Shown here in pieces: positions 16,843 to 24,199 of a stretch of 36,404 bases of DNA. The notes below the pieces were generated by a model. That model was not told where the DNA came from. It saw nothing but the letters and a program-made list of their open reading frames with translations, and ran no database searches. Position numbers and translations under genes: made by a program. This stretch comes from Candidatus Omnitrophota bacterium (GTDB lineage: Bacteria > Eisenbacteria > RBG-16-71-46 > SZUA-252). Location: the NCBI GenBank assembly GCA_035496795.1, contig DATJEJ010000008.1, forward strand, positions 1-36,404, written 5' to 3'. Within the stretch, counting starts at the first letter, position 1. Each line of letters begins with the position of its first letter.

Positions 16843-17631
16843 ATGACCCGACTCGTTCTGATCGTCCTCATCCTTGCCCTGGCCGCCGCACCGGCGGCCG
16901 CAGAGCTCAACACCTACTACGCGGGAACGGTGCTCCGGGACGGCAAGATGATCCCGGCGACCGCCCAGTTCTCGGTCGAGCCGGGGCGCGTGGCCATGAT
17001 CCTGAAGGACGCGAAGACGTCCTCGCGAATGCTCTTCGTCGAGAAGGAGCACGTGCTTCGGATCGTGGACGACACGGGAAAGAACTATTTCGACATCGCG
17101 AAGGGGCAGGCCGCCTCGCCGGCCGCGCAGATGCAGGAGCAGATGGCCCATCTTCCTCCGGCGCAGCGCCAGATGGCCGAACAGATGATGAAGGGCATGC
17201 TCGGAGCGGCGACGCCGGTTCCGGACACCTACGTGTGGTCGCAGGAGAAGAAGACGATCGGCGGCTACGAATGCACCCGGGTCGACGTGATGCAGGGCAC
17301 CGTGAAGAAGGCCGAGTACTGGGGCACGCCCTCGCCCGATTTCAGGATGAGCGAGAAGGAGCGGGCGTCCCTCCTGGCCATGCAGGAGTACCTGCGAAAC
17401 TACATGATCGCGGTGCGGGGGGGCTCGGGCGGCTCCGGGGAGCGCGCGTTCCAGTGGGACACGAGCGTGGACGGGTATCCGATCGTGAGCCGCTGCTTCA
17501 ACGGGGACCAGATGAGCCTGGACCTGCAGCTCCAGTCGTTCGATCGGAAGGAGCCGTCCGGGGACCTGTTCCAGGTCCCGAAGGACTACAAGAAGCAGGA
17601 TTTCGGAATGGGGTCAGCGGAAGGGCACTGA
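16843..17631 (+). CDS. Secreted DUF4412-like (LolA-like fold) protein
   Basis: Signal peptide MTRLVLIVLILALAAAPAAA. Met/Gln-rich linker. C-terminal ...DLFQVPKDYKKQDF is typical of DUF4412. AGGAGA lies 6 nt before ATG 16843; ATG 16837 is also possible. Confidence 0.8.
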   Translation: MTRLVLIVLILALAAAPAAAELNTYYAGTVLRDGKMIPATAQFSVEPGRVAMILKDAKTSSRMLFVEKEHVLRIVDDTGKNYFDIAKGQAASPAAQMQEQMAHLPPAQRQMAEQMMKGMLGAATPVPDTYVWSQEKKTIGGYECTRVDVMQGTVKKAEYWGTPSPDFRMSEKERASLLAMQEYLRNYMIAVRGGSGGSGERAFQWDTSVDGYPIVSRCFNGDQMSLDLQLQSFDRKEPSGDLFQVPKDYKKQDFGMGSAEGH

Positions 17632-17657
17632 TCGCTGCACCAGCGCGGCCGGTGCGA

Positions 17658-17685
17658 GGAGGCGGCGCCGCGAGGCGCCGCCTCC
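17658..17685. terminator. GC-rich hairpin between convergent genes (possible bidirectional terminator, no U-tract)
   Basis: Perfect 12-bp stem GGAGGCGGCGCC / GGCGCCGCCTCC with a GCGA loop. It sits between the DUF4412 stop (17631) and the csp stop (17705). Confidence 0.45.
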
Positions 17686-17704
17686 CGCAACACGGGGCGT
17701 AACG

Positions 17705-17905
17705 CTATGCCTTACGGACGTTCGCCGCCTGCAGTCCCTTCGGACCGCGGACGACGTCGAACTCCAGCCGCTCGCCTTCGGCAAGCGTCTTGAAGCCCTC
17801 GCCCGAGATCGCCGAGTAGTGAACGAAGACGTCCTCTCCGCCTTCCTGCTGGATGAAACCGAAACCCTTGGACTCGTTGAACCACTTCACGGTACCTGCA
17901 GCCAC
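17705..17905 (-). CDS. csp: Cold-shock domain protein (CspA family)
   Basis: [30 protein letters not shown] carries RNP1 (KGFGFI) and RNP2 (VFVH). I prefer GTG 17905 because AAGGAG lies 6 nt upstream, giving 66 aa. The tracked ATG 17932 would add 9 atypical residues. Confidence 0.93.
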   Translation of the reverse strand: MAAGTVKWFNESKGFGFIQQEGGEDVFVHYSAISGEGFKTLAEGERLEFDVVRGPKGLQAANVRKA

Positions 17906-18012
17906 TCTGTGCTCCTTGTTCACCGGGGCCAACGCCCCAACATACCCTCTCTCTCGAGAGGGCCGACCCGGCCAATTTGGCCTGGCCCCCGAACCGAATC
18001 GGTTCGGATAAC

Positions 18013-18042
18013 AAAAAAGCCGCAGGCAGTTTCTCCTGCGGC
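18013..18042 (-). terminator. Canonical intrinsic terminator on the minus strand, about 110 nt upstream of csp
   Basis: The minus strand reads GCCGCAGG-agaaactg-CCTGCGGC followed by TTTTTT (plus 18013-18018). 8-bp perfect stem, 8-nt loop. No U-tract in the plus-strand orientation. Confidence 0.65.
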
Positions 18043-18145
18043 AAAGTTCGCGTGCTTTCGCTGCGTGCGACCGTCAGGTTACAACTACTCGAAAAGAGTA
18101 TCGGCCATCGGGACCCGTAAGTAAAGGGTTCCTTTTCGGCCGCCA

Positions 18146-19543
18146 ATGCGGCACAAGGGAACTTCCATGACAGGCGGCGGTCGCAGACCATCACGTCGAG
18201 GAAAGCAGCAGGGCGGAAGGGCGCAGCCGGCCCGACCGTCGGGCCCGAGGTCGCCTCAGCGGTCGCCTCAGGGGCCGCGACCCGCGGGACCCTCCGGTCC
18301 CAAGCCTCCTCAGCGGTCGCATCAGGGACCGCGGCCGGCCCGACCGTCCGGGCCGAGATCGCTGCAGCGGCCGCCCCGGGGACCGTCGCCGCCCCACCGC
18401 CGCGGTCCGCGCCAGGCGCCCGCCGCCCCGATCGAGACCGGCCCGCCGCGTCCCGTATCCGGCTACCTCGAGGTGCTCGAGCGCGGCGGCGGCTTTCTCC
18501 GCGATCCGGCACGCTCGTTCGCGCCGAGCGGCGAGGATGTCTACGTTTCCCCCGGCCTCATCACGCGCTACCAGCTGATCTCGGGCGCCGCCATCACCGG
18601 CACCGCCGTGGCCGGCGGGCAGGGGGCCCGGCTGGAGTCCGTCGCCGCGGTCTGCGGCCTGCCTCCCGAAGCCTTCCAGAAGCGGGCCTCATTCACCGGC
18701 CTGACCGCGACGAATCCGGACCGGCGGTTTCCCCTGGGAGTCCTCGGGAATGTCTCGATGCGGATCATCGACCTCTTCGCGCCGATCGGGCGCGGCACGC
18801 GAGGACTCATCGTCTCGCCGCCGAAGGCGGGAAAGACCACCCTGCTGGAGGAGATTGCCGCCGCGATCCTCGCGGGTGCGCCCAACACGATTGTGACCGT
18901 GCTGCTCATCGACGAGCGGCCGGAAGAGGTGACACAGTTCCGGCGCTCGGTAGCCGCCGAGGTCTTCGCGAGCAGCAGCGACGAGTCGGTCGAGGACCAC
19001 GTCCGGCTGGCCACCATGTGCATGGCCAAGGCGCGATGCGAGCTGATGTGCGGGCGCGACGTCGTCGTGCTGGTGGACAGCCTCACGCGGATGGGGCGCG
19101 CCTTCAATGCGTACGGCTCCGATTCGGGGCGCACCATGAGCGGCGGGCTGGATTCGCGCGCGCTCGAGATTCCGCGCAAATTCTTCGGCATGGCGCGGAA
19201 CGCGGAATCGGGCGGATCGATCACGGTCCTGGCGACCGCGCTCATCGAAACCGGCTCGCGCATGGACGACCTGATCTTCGAGGAGTTCAAGGGGACCGGA
19301 AACAGCGAGGTCGTTCTCGACCGGGCGCTGTCCGACCAGCGGGTGTTCCCGGCCATCAACATCGCGAAGAGCGGGACGCGGCGGGACGAGCTCCTCTACT
19401 CCAAGGACGAGATCGAGGCGATCAACCGTCTGCGCCGCAAGATCCTGGAGCTGCCGCCGAAGCAGGCCATACTGGAATTGCGGAAAGTGATGGAGCAGTT
19501 TGCCACGAACGAGGAGCTGCTGAAACAGATCCCCGGCTCGTGA
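18146..19543 (+). CDS. rho: Transcription termination factor Rho with repetitive Arg/Pro/Gln-rich N-terminal extension
   Basis: OB/CSD-like RNA-binding part GYLEVLERGGGFLRD...DVYVSPGLITRYQLISG. Walker A SPPKAGKTTLL. Also VLLIDERPEEV, VVLVDSLTRMGRAFN, TVLATALIETGSRMDDLIFEEFKGTGNSEVVLDR. Start is ATG 18146 or ATG 18167 (AAGGGA 6 nt upstream). Confidence 0.95.
   Translation: MRHKGTSMTGGGRRPSRRGKQQGGRAQPARPSGPRSPQRSPQGPRPAGPSGPKPPQRSHQGPRPARPSGPRSLQRPPRGPSPPHRRGPRQAPAAPIETGPPRPVSGYLEVLERGGGFLRDPARSFAPSGEDVYVSPGLITRYQLISGAAITGTAVAGGQGARLESVAAVCGLPPEAFQKRASFTGLTATNPDRRFPLGVLGNVSMRIIDLFAPIGRGTRGLIVSPPKAGKTTLLEEIAAAILAGAPNTIVTVLLIDERPEEVTQFRRSVAAEVFASSSDESVEDHVRLATMCMAKARCELMCGRDVVVLVDSLTRMGRAFNAYGSDSGRTMSGGLDSRALEIPRKFFGMARNAESGGSITVLATALIETGSRMDDLIFEEFKGTGNSEVVLDRALSDQRVFPAINIAKSGTRRDELLYSKDEIEAINRLRRKILELPPKQAILELRKVMEQFATNEELLKQIPGS
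18230..18391 (+). repeat. Three imperfect 54-bp tandem repeats (18-aa units) inside the rho 5' coding region
   Basis: Units 18230-18283, 18284-18337 and 18338-18391 encode ARPSGPRSPQRSPQGPRP / AGPSGPKPPQRSHQGPRP / ARPSGPRSLQRPPRGPSP. By hand alignment roughly three quarters of nucleotide positions are shared between units. Confidence 0.8.
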
Positions 19544-19562
19544 CCCGCCGCCCGCAGGGAGC

Positions 19563-21515
19563 TCAGCGGGCTTCTGCGGAACGCTTCAGCATCCAGCCGT
19601 AGAGCCATACGATCGTGCCGACGAATCCCAGAAGCCCGAGCCACGGCGCGAGCGCGAAGGCTTCGGGAACGAGACCGATCGGCGCGTCCTTGGCGAACGA
19701 GACGATGAGGCCGGCGTTGATCACCCCCCACAGGCTCTCGCCCACGATCAATCCCGACGCGACCAGCGTGCCCAGCCGCTCGGCACGGCCGGGGTTCGGC
19801 ATCGAGCGGGCGCGGCGGTCGTACCAGTGCCCCACCACGGCCCCCACGACGACGGCGAAGGTCGCCGACATCGGAAGGTAGATCCCGATGCCCACGGCGA
19901 GGGGCGGAATGCGCAGCTTCTTCATCGCGCCGAGCGTCGTGTCCATCAGGATGAGACCCACGCCGACGAGCGCACCGATGCCGAGCATCTTCCAGTCAAG
20001 GTTGCCCCCGATCACGCCCTGGGCGAGCGCGGAGATGAGCGTCGCCTGGGGCGCGGGCAGGGGATTGGGCGCGACAACGCCGACGTTCGGCGCGCCGGCG
20101 AATCCATAGGCCTTGGCGAGCAGGTTGAGCACCCAGGGGATCACCGAGGCGCCCGCGGCCACGCCGACGATCAGGGCGATCTGCTGGCGCCGGGGAGAGG
20201 CACCGACCAGCTGGCCGGTCTTCAAATCTTGAAGGTTGTCGTTGGAGATCGTGGCGCACGCGAACACGATCGCCGTCACGAAGAGCGCGAACGCGACCAG
20301 GGGGCCTCGCGTCTCCGGCGTCGGCGCCACGGCGACGATGATCGCCGAGGCGCACAGCACGATCGAAAGGATCCCGACTCCCGAGATCGGGCTGTTCGAG
20401 GCTCCGATCAATCCCGCCATGTAGCCGCAGATGGCCGCGATCAGGAAGCCCCCGAGGAGCACGAAGGGCACGGCGATCACGGTGAGCGGCACCGCGTGCG
20501 GCGCGAGCGCCGTCGATTTCGCGAAGGTGAAGGCGAGCCAGCCGGCGACGACGAGGCAGGCGGCCGTGAGCACGACGATCCAGCCGGGCGAGAGGTCGCG
20601 ATCCCGCTCGTCCGCGGAGGCCTTGGCCCGCGAGGCGGCGAGCGTGCCCACCAGTCCGCCGATGACCGGCTTCGCGAGCGTGGCCAGCGTGTAGATGGCG
20701 GCCACGGCGATGGCCCCGGCGCCGATGAAGCGCACCTGCGTGCGCCAGATCGTGAGCGTGTGCGCGTCGAGCCCGACGCCGGCGGCCGCGGGCTGCATGG
20801 AGGTCAGGATCGGGACGGCGATGCCCCAGGCGATGATGAGGCCGGTCAGCATGGCCATCCCGACCGAGAGTCCGACGAGATGCCCCGCGCCGAGCAGCGC
20901 GAGCGACCACGCGACATCGTATCCGCTGGAGGCCCGGGCGCCGACCCGGAAGAAGCCGGTCACCTCGGCCGCGGCTATGCGCGTCGCCGTCACGATGGCG
21001 AGCCCCGCCGAGGCGACGGAGCCGAGGATGACGGCGACCAGTCCCTCGCGCGCCTCGCCGGTGTCGTCCTTCGTCTCGCCGCGCGTGCCGGAGCCGACCC
21101 GCAGCACCTCGGCCGCCGCAACCCCCTCGGGGTAGGGGAGGTCGGACGTGGTCACCAGCGCGCGCCGCAGCGGAATGGTGAACAACACGCCGAGGATGCC
21201 GCCGCTCACGCAGATCAGGAACGACTGCCAGAAGGGGAATCCCGTCCACCAGCCCACGATCACCAGTCCGGGCAGGACGAAAATGATCGCCGAGAGCGTG
21301 CCGGCCGCGGAGGCGACGGTCTGCACGATGTTGTTCTCGAGGATGGACGAGTCCTTGACGGCGCTCAGGATGGCCATCGAGATGACGGCCGCGGGGATGG
21401 ACGAAGCGAAGGTGAGCCCGACCTTCAGGCCGAGATAGACGTTCGCGGCCGTGAAGACCGTCGTGATCAGCGCGCCCAGGACGAGGCCGCGTATCGTCAG
21501 CTCTCTGGGTTTCAA
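19563..21515 (-). CDS. OPT-family oligopeptide transporter
   Basis: N-terminus KPRELTIRGLVLGALITTVFTAANVYLGLKVGLTFASSIPAAVISMAIL is typical of bacterial OPT proteins. About 16 hydrophobic segments over 650 aa. The only available start is TTG 21513-21515, with no visible SD. Confidence 0.9.
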   Translation of the reverse strand: MKPRELTIRGLVLGALITTVFTAANVYLGLKVGLTFASSIPAAVISMAILSAVKDSSILENNIVQTVASAAGTLSAIIFVLPGLVIVGWWTGFPFWQSFLICVSGGILGVLFTIPLRRALVTTSDLPYPEGVAAAEVLRVGSGTRGETKDDTGEAREGLVAVILGSVASAGLAIVTATRIAAAEVTGFFRVGARASSGYDVAWSLALLGAGHLVGLSVGMAMLTGLIIAWGIAVPILTSMQPAAAGVGLDAHTLTIWRTQVRFIGAGAIAVAAIYTLATLAKPVIGGLVGTLAASRAKASADERDRDLSPGWIVVLTAACLVVAGWLAFTFAKSTALAPHAVPLTVIAVPFVLLGGFLIAAICGYMAGLIGASNSPISGVGILSIVLCASAIIVAVAPTPETRGPLVAFALFVTAIVFACATISNDNLQDLKTGQLVGASPRRQQIALIVGVAAGASVIPWVLNLLAKAYGFAGAPNVGVVAPNPLPAPQATLISALAQGVIGGNLDWKMLGIGALVGVGLILMDTTLGAMKKLRIPPLAVGIGIYLPMSATFAVVVGAVVGHWYDRRARSMPNPGRAERLGTLVASGLIVGESLWGVINAGLIVSFAKDAPIGLVPEAFALAPWLGLLGFVGTIVWLYGWMLKRSAEAR

Positions 21516-21584
21516 GCGCCGTCACGATAGCAGCGGGCGGGAGGCGGGGCTACCCTGGAATCAGAGGGGGCCTCCCAAGGAAAT

Positions 21585-21609
21585 GCCCCGGCGGTTCGGC
21601 CGCCGGGGC
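21585..21609 (-). terminator. Hairpin downstream of the DUF4332 gene (possible terminator)
   Basis: 10-bp stem GCCCCGGCGG / CCGCCGGGGC with a 5-nt loop. On the minus strand it is followed by ATTTCCTT, about 30 nt after stop 21641. Confidence 0.4.
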
Positions 21610-21640
21610 CCTCTTCGCCAAGCGTGGTTTGGGGCCGGGG

Positions 21641-22045
21641 TCAGTCCGGGGGTCCGACGAGCGGCTTGAGCTCGGCGAACCAGGCGCCGACTTCCGTCAG
21701 CGTGGGCACCGGACCCGTGAGCTTTCGCGACGCGCTCACCTCCGCGAGATGCTTCACGAGACCTTCGGGAGTGTGCTTGGAGAGACTCTTCCGGCCGATG
21801 ACGCCGGAGGTGACCAGGAGCTCCGCGTACTTCGGCCCCACGCCTGGCATGCGCGCCATCCGCGCCAGCGAAACCATCCGCTTGAACTGCTCGTCGCTGA
21901 GACCCGAGGTGGTCGCGAGCTTGGCGCGCTGATCCGGGTCGTGCCAGACCTTCATCAAGTCGCTCGTGGTTTCGACGCCCGCCGCCTTCAGCTTGGCGAC
22001 GAGATCCTGATCGATGCCCTTCAGATCCGTCATCTTGTGATTCAT
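21641..22045 (-). CDS. DUF4332 domain protein
   Basis: MNHKMTDLKGIDQDLVAKLKAAGVETTSDL...MPGVGPKYAELLVTSGV... has helix-hairpin-helix-like repeats typical of DUF4332. GGAAGGA lies 6 nt before ATG 22045. The tracked 207-aa ORF is an upstream extension. Confidence 0.8.
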   Translation of the reverse strand: MNHKMTDLKGIDQDLVAKLKAAGVETTSDLMKVWHDPDQRAKLATTSGLSDEQFKRMVSLARMARMPGVGPKYAELLVTSGVIGRKSLSKHTPEGLVKHLAEVSASRKLTGPVPTLTEVGAWFAELKPLVGPPD

Positions 22046-22385
22046 GTCCATTCCTTCCCGGCGCCTGTGCGTGCGCACGCTGGCTCGGTCGAGCCGTATG
22101 GCCCTGAGGCCTGGTTCTCGAGAGATGCCGTTCTGGGACCGGTTCGAGGAGGGTACGGGCGGCCGGTTCGATTTCGGGCGGCTGAGGTACGTGGGTACTG
22201 GAGCCGCAGGCCTGCGCCGTTTGGTCCCGCGGCGCGGACGGTCCGCCGCCACGGGGTCGACCACCGTCAGGGGTGGCCTTGAAGCAAGAGGCTATGGATG
22301 TATTCTGGACCGATTGGAGGCAAGGAGCAAGGTATTCCCCGGCTGCGGTGGCCGTTGCGATCGACGTGCACGTCGGAGGCTGACG

Positions 22386-22883
22386 ATGAGACGAGGATGG
22401 GTTTGGGGGTGGGTCCTGATCTTCGCGGGTTCCTTTGCGGGATGCAGCCCGGGCGGGGCTTCACGAGCCGCGCTCGTCGGCGCCTGGCGCTCTTCGGTCC
22501 GTTTCGACTCGGGGGCCTTCGCCCCGATCCAGGATCTCGAATTCATGTACGTCTTCCACGACGACGGCACGCTGACCGAGTCCTCCAATTACGACGCGGC
22601 GCCGCCGGTCCCGCCGGCCTACGGCGTGTGGCGCACGATTCGACCGAACGAGTTCGAGGCGAGGTACGAGTTCTACGCGACGTCGCCCTCGGCGCCCGAC
22701 GCGTTCAAGTCCGGCGCGGGTTGGATCCCCTCCGGGCGCGGCGTGCTGACCGAGCGGATCCGGCTCTCCGACGACGGCGGCTCGTTCACCTCGACGATCC
22801 AGTACCAGGCGTTGGATCGTGCCGGCAAGCCGGCCGAGGGCGGCGGAATCGCCAAGGGGCGCGGGACGAAGATGAGGTTCTAG
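22386..22883 (+). CDS. Lipoprotein of unknown function (beta-rich, lipocalin-like by composition)
   Basis: GGAGG lies 6-7 nt before ATG 22386. Signal plus lipobox-like WVLIFAGSFAGCS. Its stop is 1 nt before the GTG start of the MFS gene. Confidence 0.75.
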   Translation: MRRGWVWGWVLIFAGSFAGCSPGGASRAALVGAWRSSVRFDSGAFAPIQDLEFMYVFHDDGTLTESSNYDAAPPVPPAYGVWRTIRPNEFEARYEFYATSPSAPDAFKSGAGWIPSGRGVLTERIRLSDDGGSFTSTIQYQALDRAGKPAEGGGIAKGRGTKMRF

Positions 22884-22884
22884 C

Positions 22885-24153
22885 GTGACCAGCCCGGGTC
22901 AGCTTCGACGCGTCGTCTTCGCCTCCTTCGTCGGCACCACGATCGAGTGGTACGACTTCTTCCTCTACGGCACCGCCGCGGCGCTGGTCTTCAACCGGCT
23001 CTTCTTTCCCACCCTCGATCCGCTCGCGGGGACCCTGAGCGCCTACGGGACCTTCGCGGTCGGATTCGTCGCGCGTCCTCTCGGCGGAGCGGTCTTCGGC
23101 CACTACGGCGACCGCGTCGGGCGGAAGACGATGCTGGTCTGGTCGCTCGTGATCATGGGCGTCGCCTCGGCGCTGATCGGACTGCTCCCGGGATACGACC
23201 GGATCGGCATCTGGGCGCCGGCGCTCCTCGTCGTGCTTCGATTCCTGCAGGGATTTGGCGTCGGCGGCGAGTGGGGAGGAGCGGTGCTGCTGGCGGTGGA
23301 GCACTCGGGCTCCGAGCGCCGCGGCTTCCATGGATCGTGGCCCCAGATGGGCGTTCCGGCCGGCCTCCTGCTCTCGACGGGACTCGTCACCGCGCTTTCG
23401 GCCCGCCTGCCCGAGCGTGCGTTCCTGGACTGGGGATGGCGCGTGCCATTCCTTCTCTCGGTCGTGCTCGTCGGGATCGGCCTCTTCGTGCGCCTCCGCG
23501 TGCTGGAGTCACCGGCGTTCGCGGCGGTCCGCGATGCCGGCCGCGAGTCGCGGGCGCCCCTGCTCGAGGTGTTCCGCCGTCATCCGCGCGAGGTCGTGAT
23601 CGGAGCGGGGATGCGCTTCGCGCAGAACGTGCTGTTCTACATCTATACGGTGTTCGTGCTGAGCTACGGCGAGAAGACGCTCGGCTACCCGCGCAGCGCC
23701 GTGCTGGGCGGGGTGGTGCTGTCGGCCGTGGTGGGACTGGTCGCCATCCCGTTCTGGTCGCATCTCTCGGATCGCGTCGGGCGGCGCCCCGTGTACCTCG
23801 CCGGTGCTTTGCTCTCGCTGATGACCGCGTTTCCCTTCTTCTGGCTGTTCGGCAGAGGGCCCGGGTTCGTCGCGGCCGCCATCGTGCTCGCGATGGTCGG
23901 CCACGACATGATGTACGGGCCGATGGCGGCGTATTTCTCGGAGCTCTTTCCGACTTCGGTGCGCTACAGCGGCAGCTCGCTCGTCTACCAGTTCACTTCC
24001 GTGTTCTCGGGCGGGCTGGCGCCCCTGGTGGCGACGCTGCTCCTGAGCCGCCACGGCCCCGGCGCCGTGGCGACCTACCTCGTCGCCTGCTGCGCCATCA
24101 CGCTGGCGGCCACCTGGTTCGCGCCGGAGACCCACCGGGCGGGTCTCGAGTAG
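22885..24153 (+). CDS. MFS transporter, metabolite:H+ symporter (MHS) type
   Basis: FVGTTIEWYDFFLYGTAAALVF and GGAVFGHYGDRVGRKTML are MHS signatures. 12 hydrophobic segments. GTG start 22885. Confidence 0.9.
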   Translation: MTSPGQLRRVVFASFVGTTIEWYDFFLYGTAAALVFNRLFFPTLDPLAGTLSAYGTFAVGFVARPLGGAVFGHYGDRVGRKTMLVWSLVIMGVASALIGLLPGYDRIGIWAPALLVVLRFLQGFGVGGEWGGAVLLAVEHSGSERRGFHGSWPQMGVPAGLLLSTGLVTALSARLPERAFLDWGWRVPFLLSVVLVGIGLFVRLRVLESPAFAAVRDAGRESRAPLLEVFRRHPREVVIGAGMRFAQNVLFYIYTVFVLSYGEKTLGYPRSAVLGGVVLSAVVGLVAIPFWSHLSDRVGRRPVYLAGALLSLMTAFPFFWLFGRGPGFVAAAIVLAMVGHDMMYGPMAAYFSELFPTSVRYSGSSLVYQFTSVFSGGLAPLVATLLLSRHGPGAVATYLVACCAITLAATWFAPETHRAGLE

Positions 24154-24199
24154 CCTGCCTTTCACCTCGACGCGAGGCGATCGGGTTAGTATCCCGGGG

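Noticed and set aside
19827-21530. ORFs 19827-21530 (+) and 19996-21525 (-) overlapping the OPT transporter
   Set aside because: Same reasoning. Only the 19563-21515 frame gives a coherent polytopic membrane protein.
22139-22180. GGTTCGA motifs resembling a tRNA T-loop
   Set aside because: I could not fold flanking sequence into a T-arm, acceptor stem or anticodon arm. No cloverleaf is possible by eye.
22294-22383. 29-codon upstream ORF (MDVFWTDWRQGARYSPAAVAVAIDVHVGG) ending just before the lipoprotein start
   Set aside because: About a third of its codons end in A/T, unlike the strongly GC3-biased real genes here. SD spacing is poor (2-3 nt). I cannot exclude a leader peptide but have no support for one.
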